64,000 nt of DNA, taken from positions 48,402 through 112,401 of IMG/VR virus record IMGVR_UViG_3300025141_000036; one strand, given 5' to 3'. The notes under the pieces were generated by a model, which saw only the letters and a list, made by a program, of their open reading frames with translations, was not told the origin of the DNA and searched no databases. Positions 63,661 to 64,000 of the stretch are shown piece after piece. Position numbers and translations under genes: made by a program. Each line of letters opens with the position of its first letter. Within the stretch, counting starts at the first letter, position 1. Origin of the DNA: a virus.

Positions 63661-63892
63661 GGCTATCTCCTTTTATTTCTTTGCATTTGTAAGCGAGAGA
63701 TTGATCCATAAGGAAACTCTCATTCTTAATTATATCGTGGAAACGATAGTTGTTTATCACAACTCCATCGTCACGATTGATTGTCTCTATGCCTATAAAT
63801 AGAAGCATGTCCCAGCCACGATCCCATGAGTTGTTGTCATGGTTCCACTGGTTTGTTCTCCACTGGCAACTGTATAATAATCCTGGTGTCAT
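63647..63892 (-). CDS. Hypothetical protein
   Basis: SD GGAGG, promoter upstream. Confidence 0.6.
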   Translation of the reverse strand: MTPGLLYSCQWRTNQWNHDNNSWDRGWDMLLFIGIETINRDDGVVINNYRFHDIIKNESFLMDQSLAYKCKEIKGDSHERD

Positions 63893-63922
63893 ATTGTCCT
63901 CCACAGTTTTGGGTTATACTAT

Positions 63923-63951
63923 ATTGTATCCCGTTGTGGTTCAGTTGTCAA
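63923..63951 (-). promoter_or_regulatory. Class-17 promoter
   Basis: TTGACA-N17-TACAAT + TATAACCCAAAAC leader. Confidence 0.75.
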
Positions 63952-64000
63952 ATCTTTTCTGTTGCTTTTCTCTTCATGCGCGTTTCCTTATTATGGTCAC

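Noticed and set aside
1700-63802. Plus-strand ORFs in the six-frame track (e.g. 25090..25551, 50278..50769, 59454..59996)
   Set aside because: They are antisense shadows of well-supported minus-strand genes, with no SD or recognisable motifs.
1-64000. Stop-codon recoding, tRNA or rRNA genes
   Set aside because: Genes tile densely under the standard code with TAA, TAG and TGA all used as stops; no cloverleaf or rRNA signature was recognised by eye (tRNAscan not run).

Overview
This window looks like part of a large (jumbo-like) tailed-phage genome. Essentially all real genes lie on the minus strand and read in the standard code. I found no tRNA/rRNA, CRISPR array, integrase or reverse transcriptase. 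The host is plausibly Myxococcota/Bdellovibrionota, inferred from a CglF/GltF-like gene, a vWA/Ig-like lipoprotein and a matrixin. The left part (1-43 kb, AT-rich) carries: three tandem paralogous proteins with a shared N-terminus and different peptidoglycan-hydrolase C-termini; a gp55-like sigma factor; a ~15 kb sugar-nucleotide/glycosyltransferase cluster; auxiliary genes (PiT-like transporter, PIN-PhoH, fatty-acid hydroxylase, eukaryote-type phosphomannomutase); and acidic putative virion proteins with an MK(I/V)xKxxLxxIIxEE leader. A largely non-coding, repeat-containing junction at ~43.1-45.3 kb separates this from the right part (45-64 kb, early-type region). The right part is dominated by about 43 tiny SH3/KOW-like 'M(K/Q)(V/I)GDLV' genes. 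Their junctions form a conserved ~30-bp DNA repeat that supplies the C-terminal LEV, the Shine-Dalgarno, the start codon and the upstream gene's stop. They are driven by two distinguishable promoter classes: TTGACA with a 17-bp spacer, and a degenerate -35 with a 16-bp spacer abutted by a GGACA-N5-TGTCC palindrome. All family assignments are from motif recognition by eye; no database searches were run.
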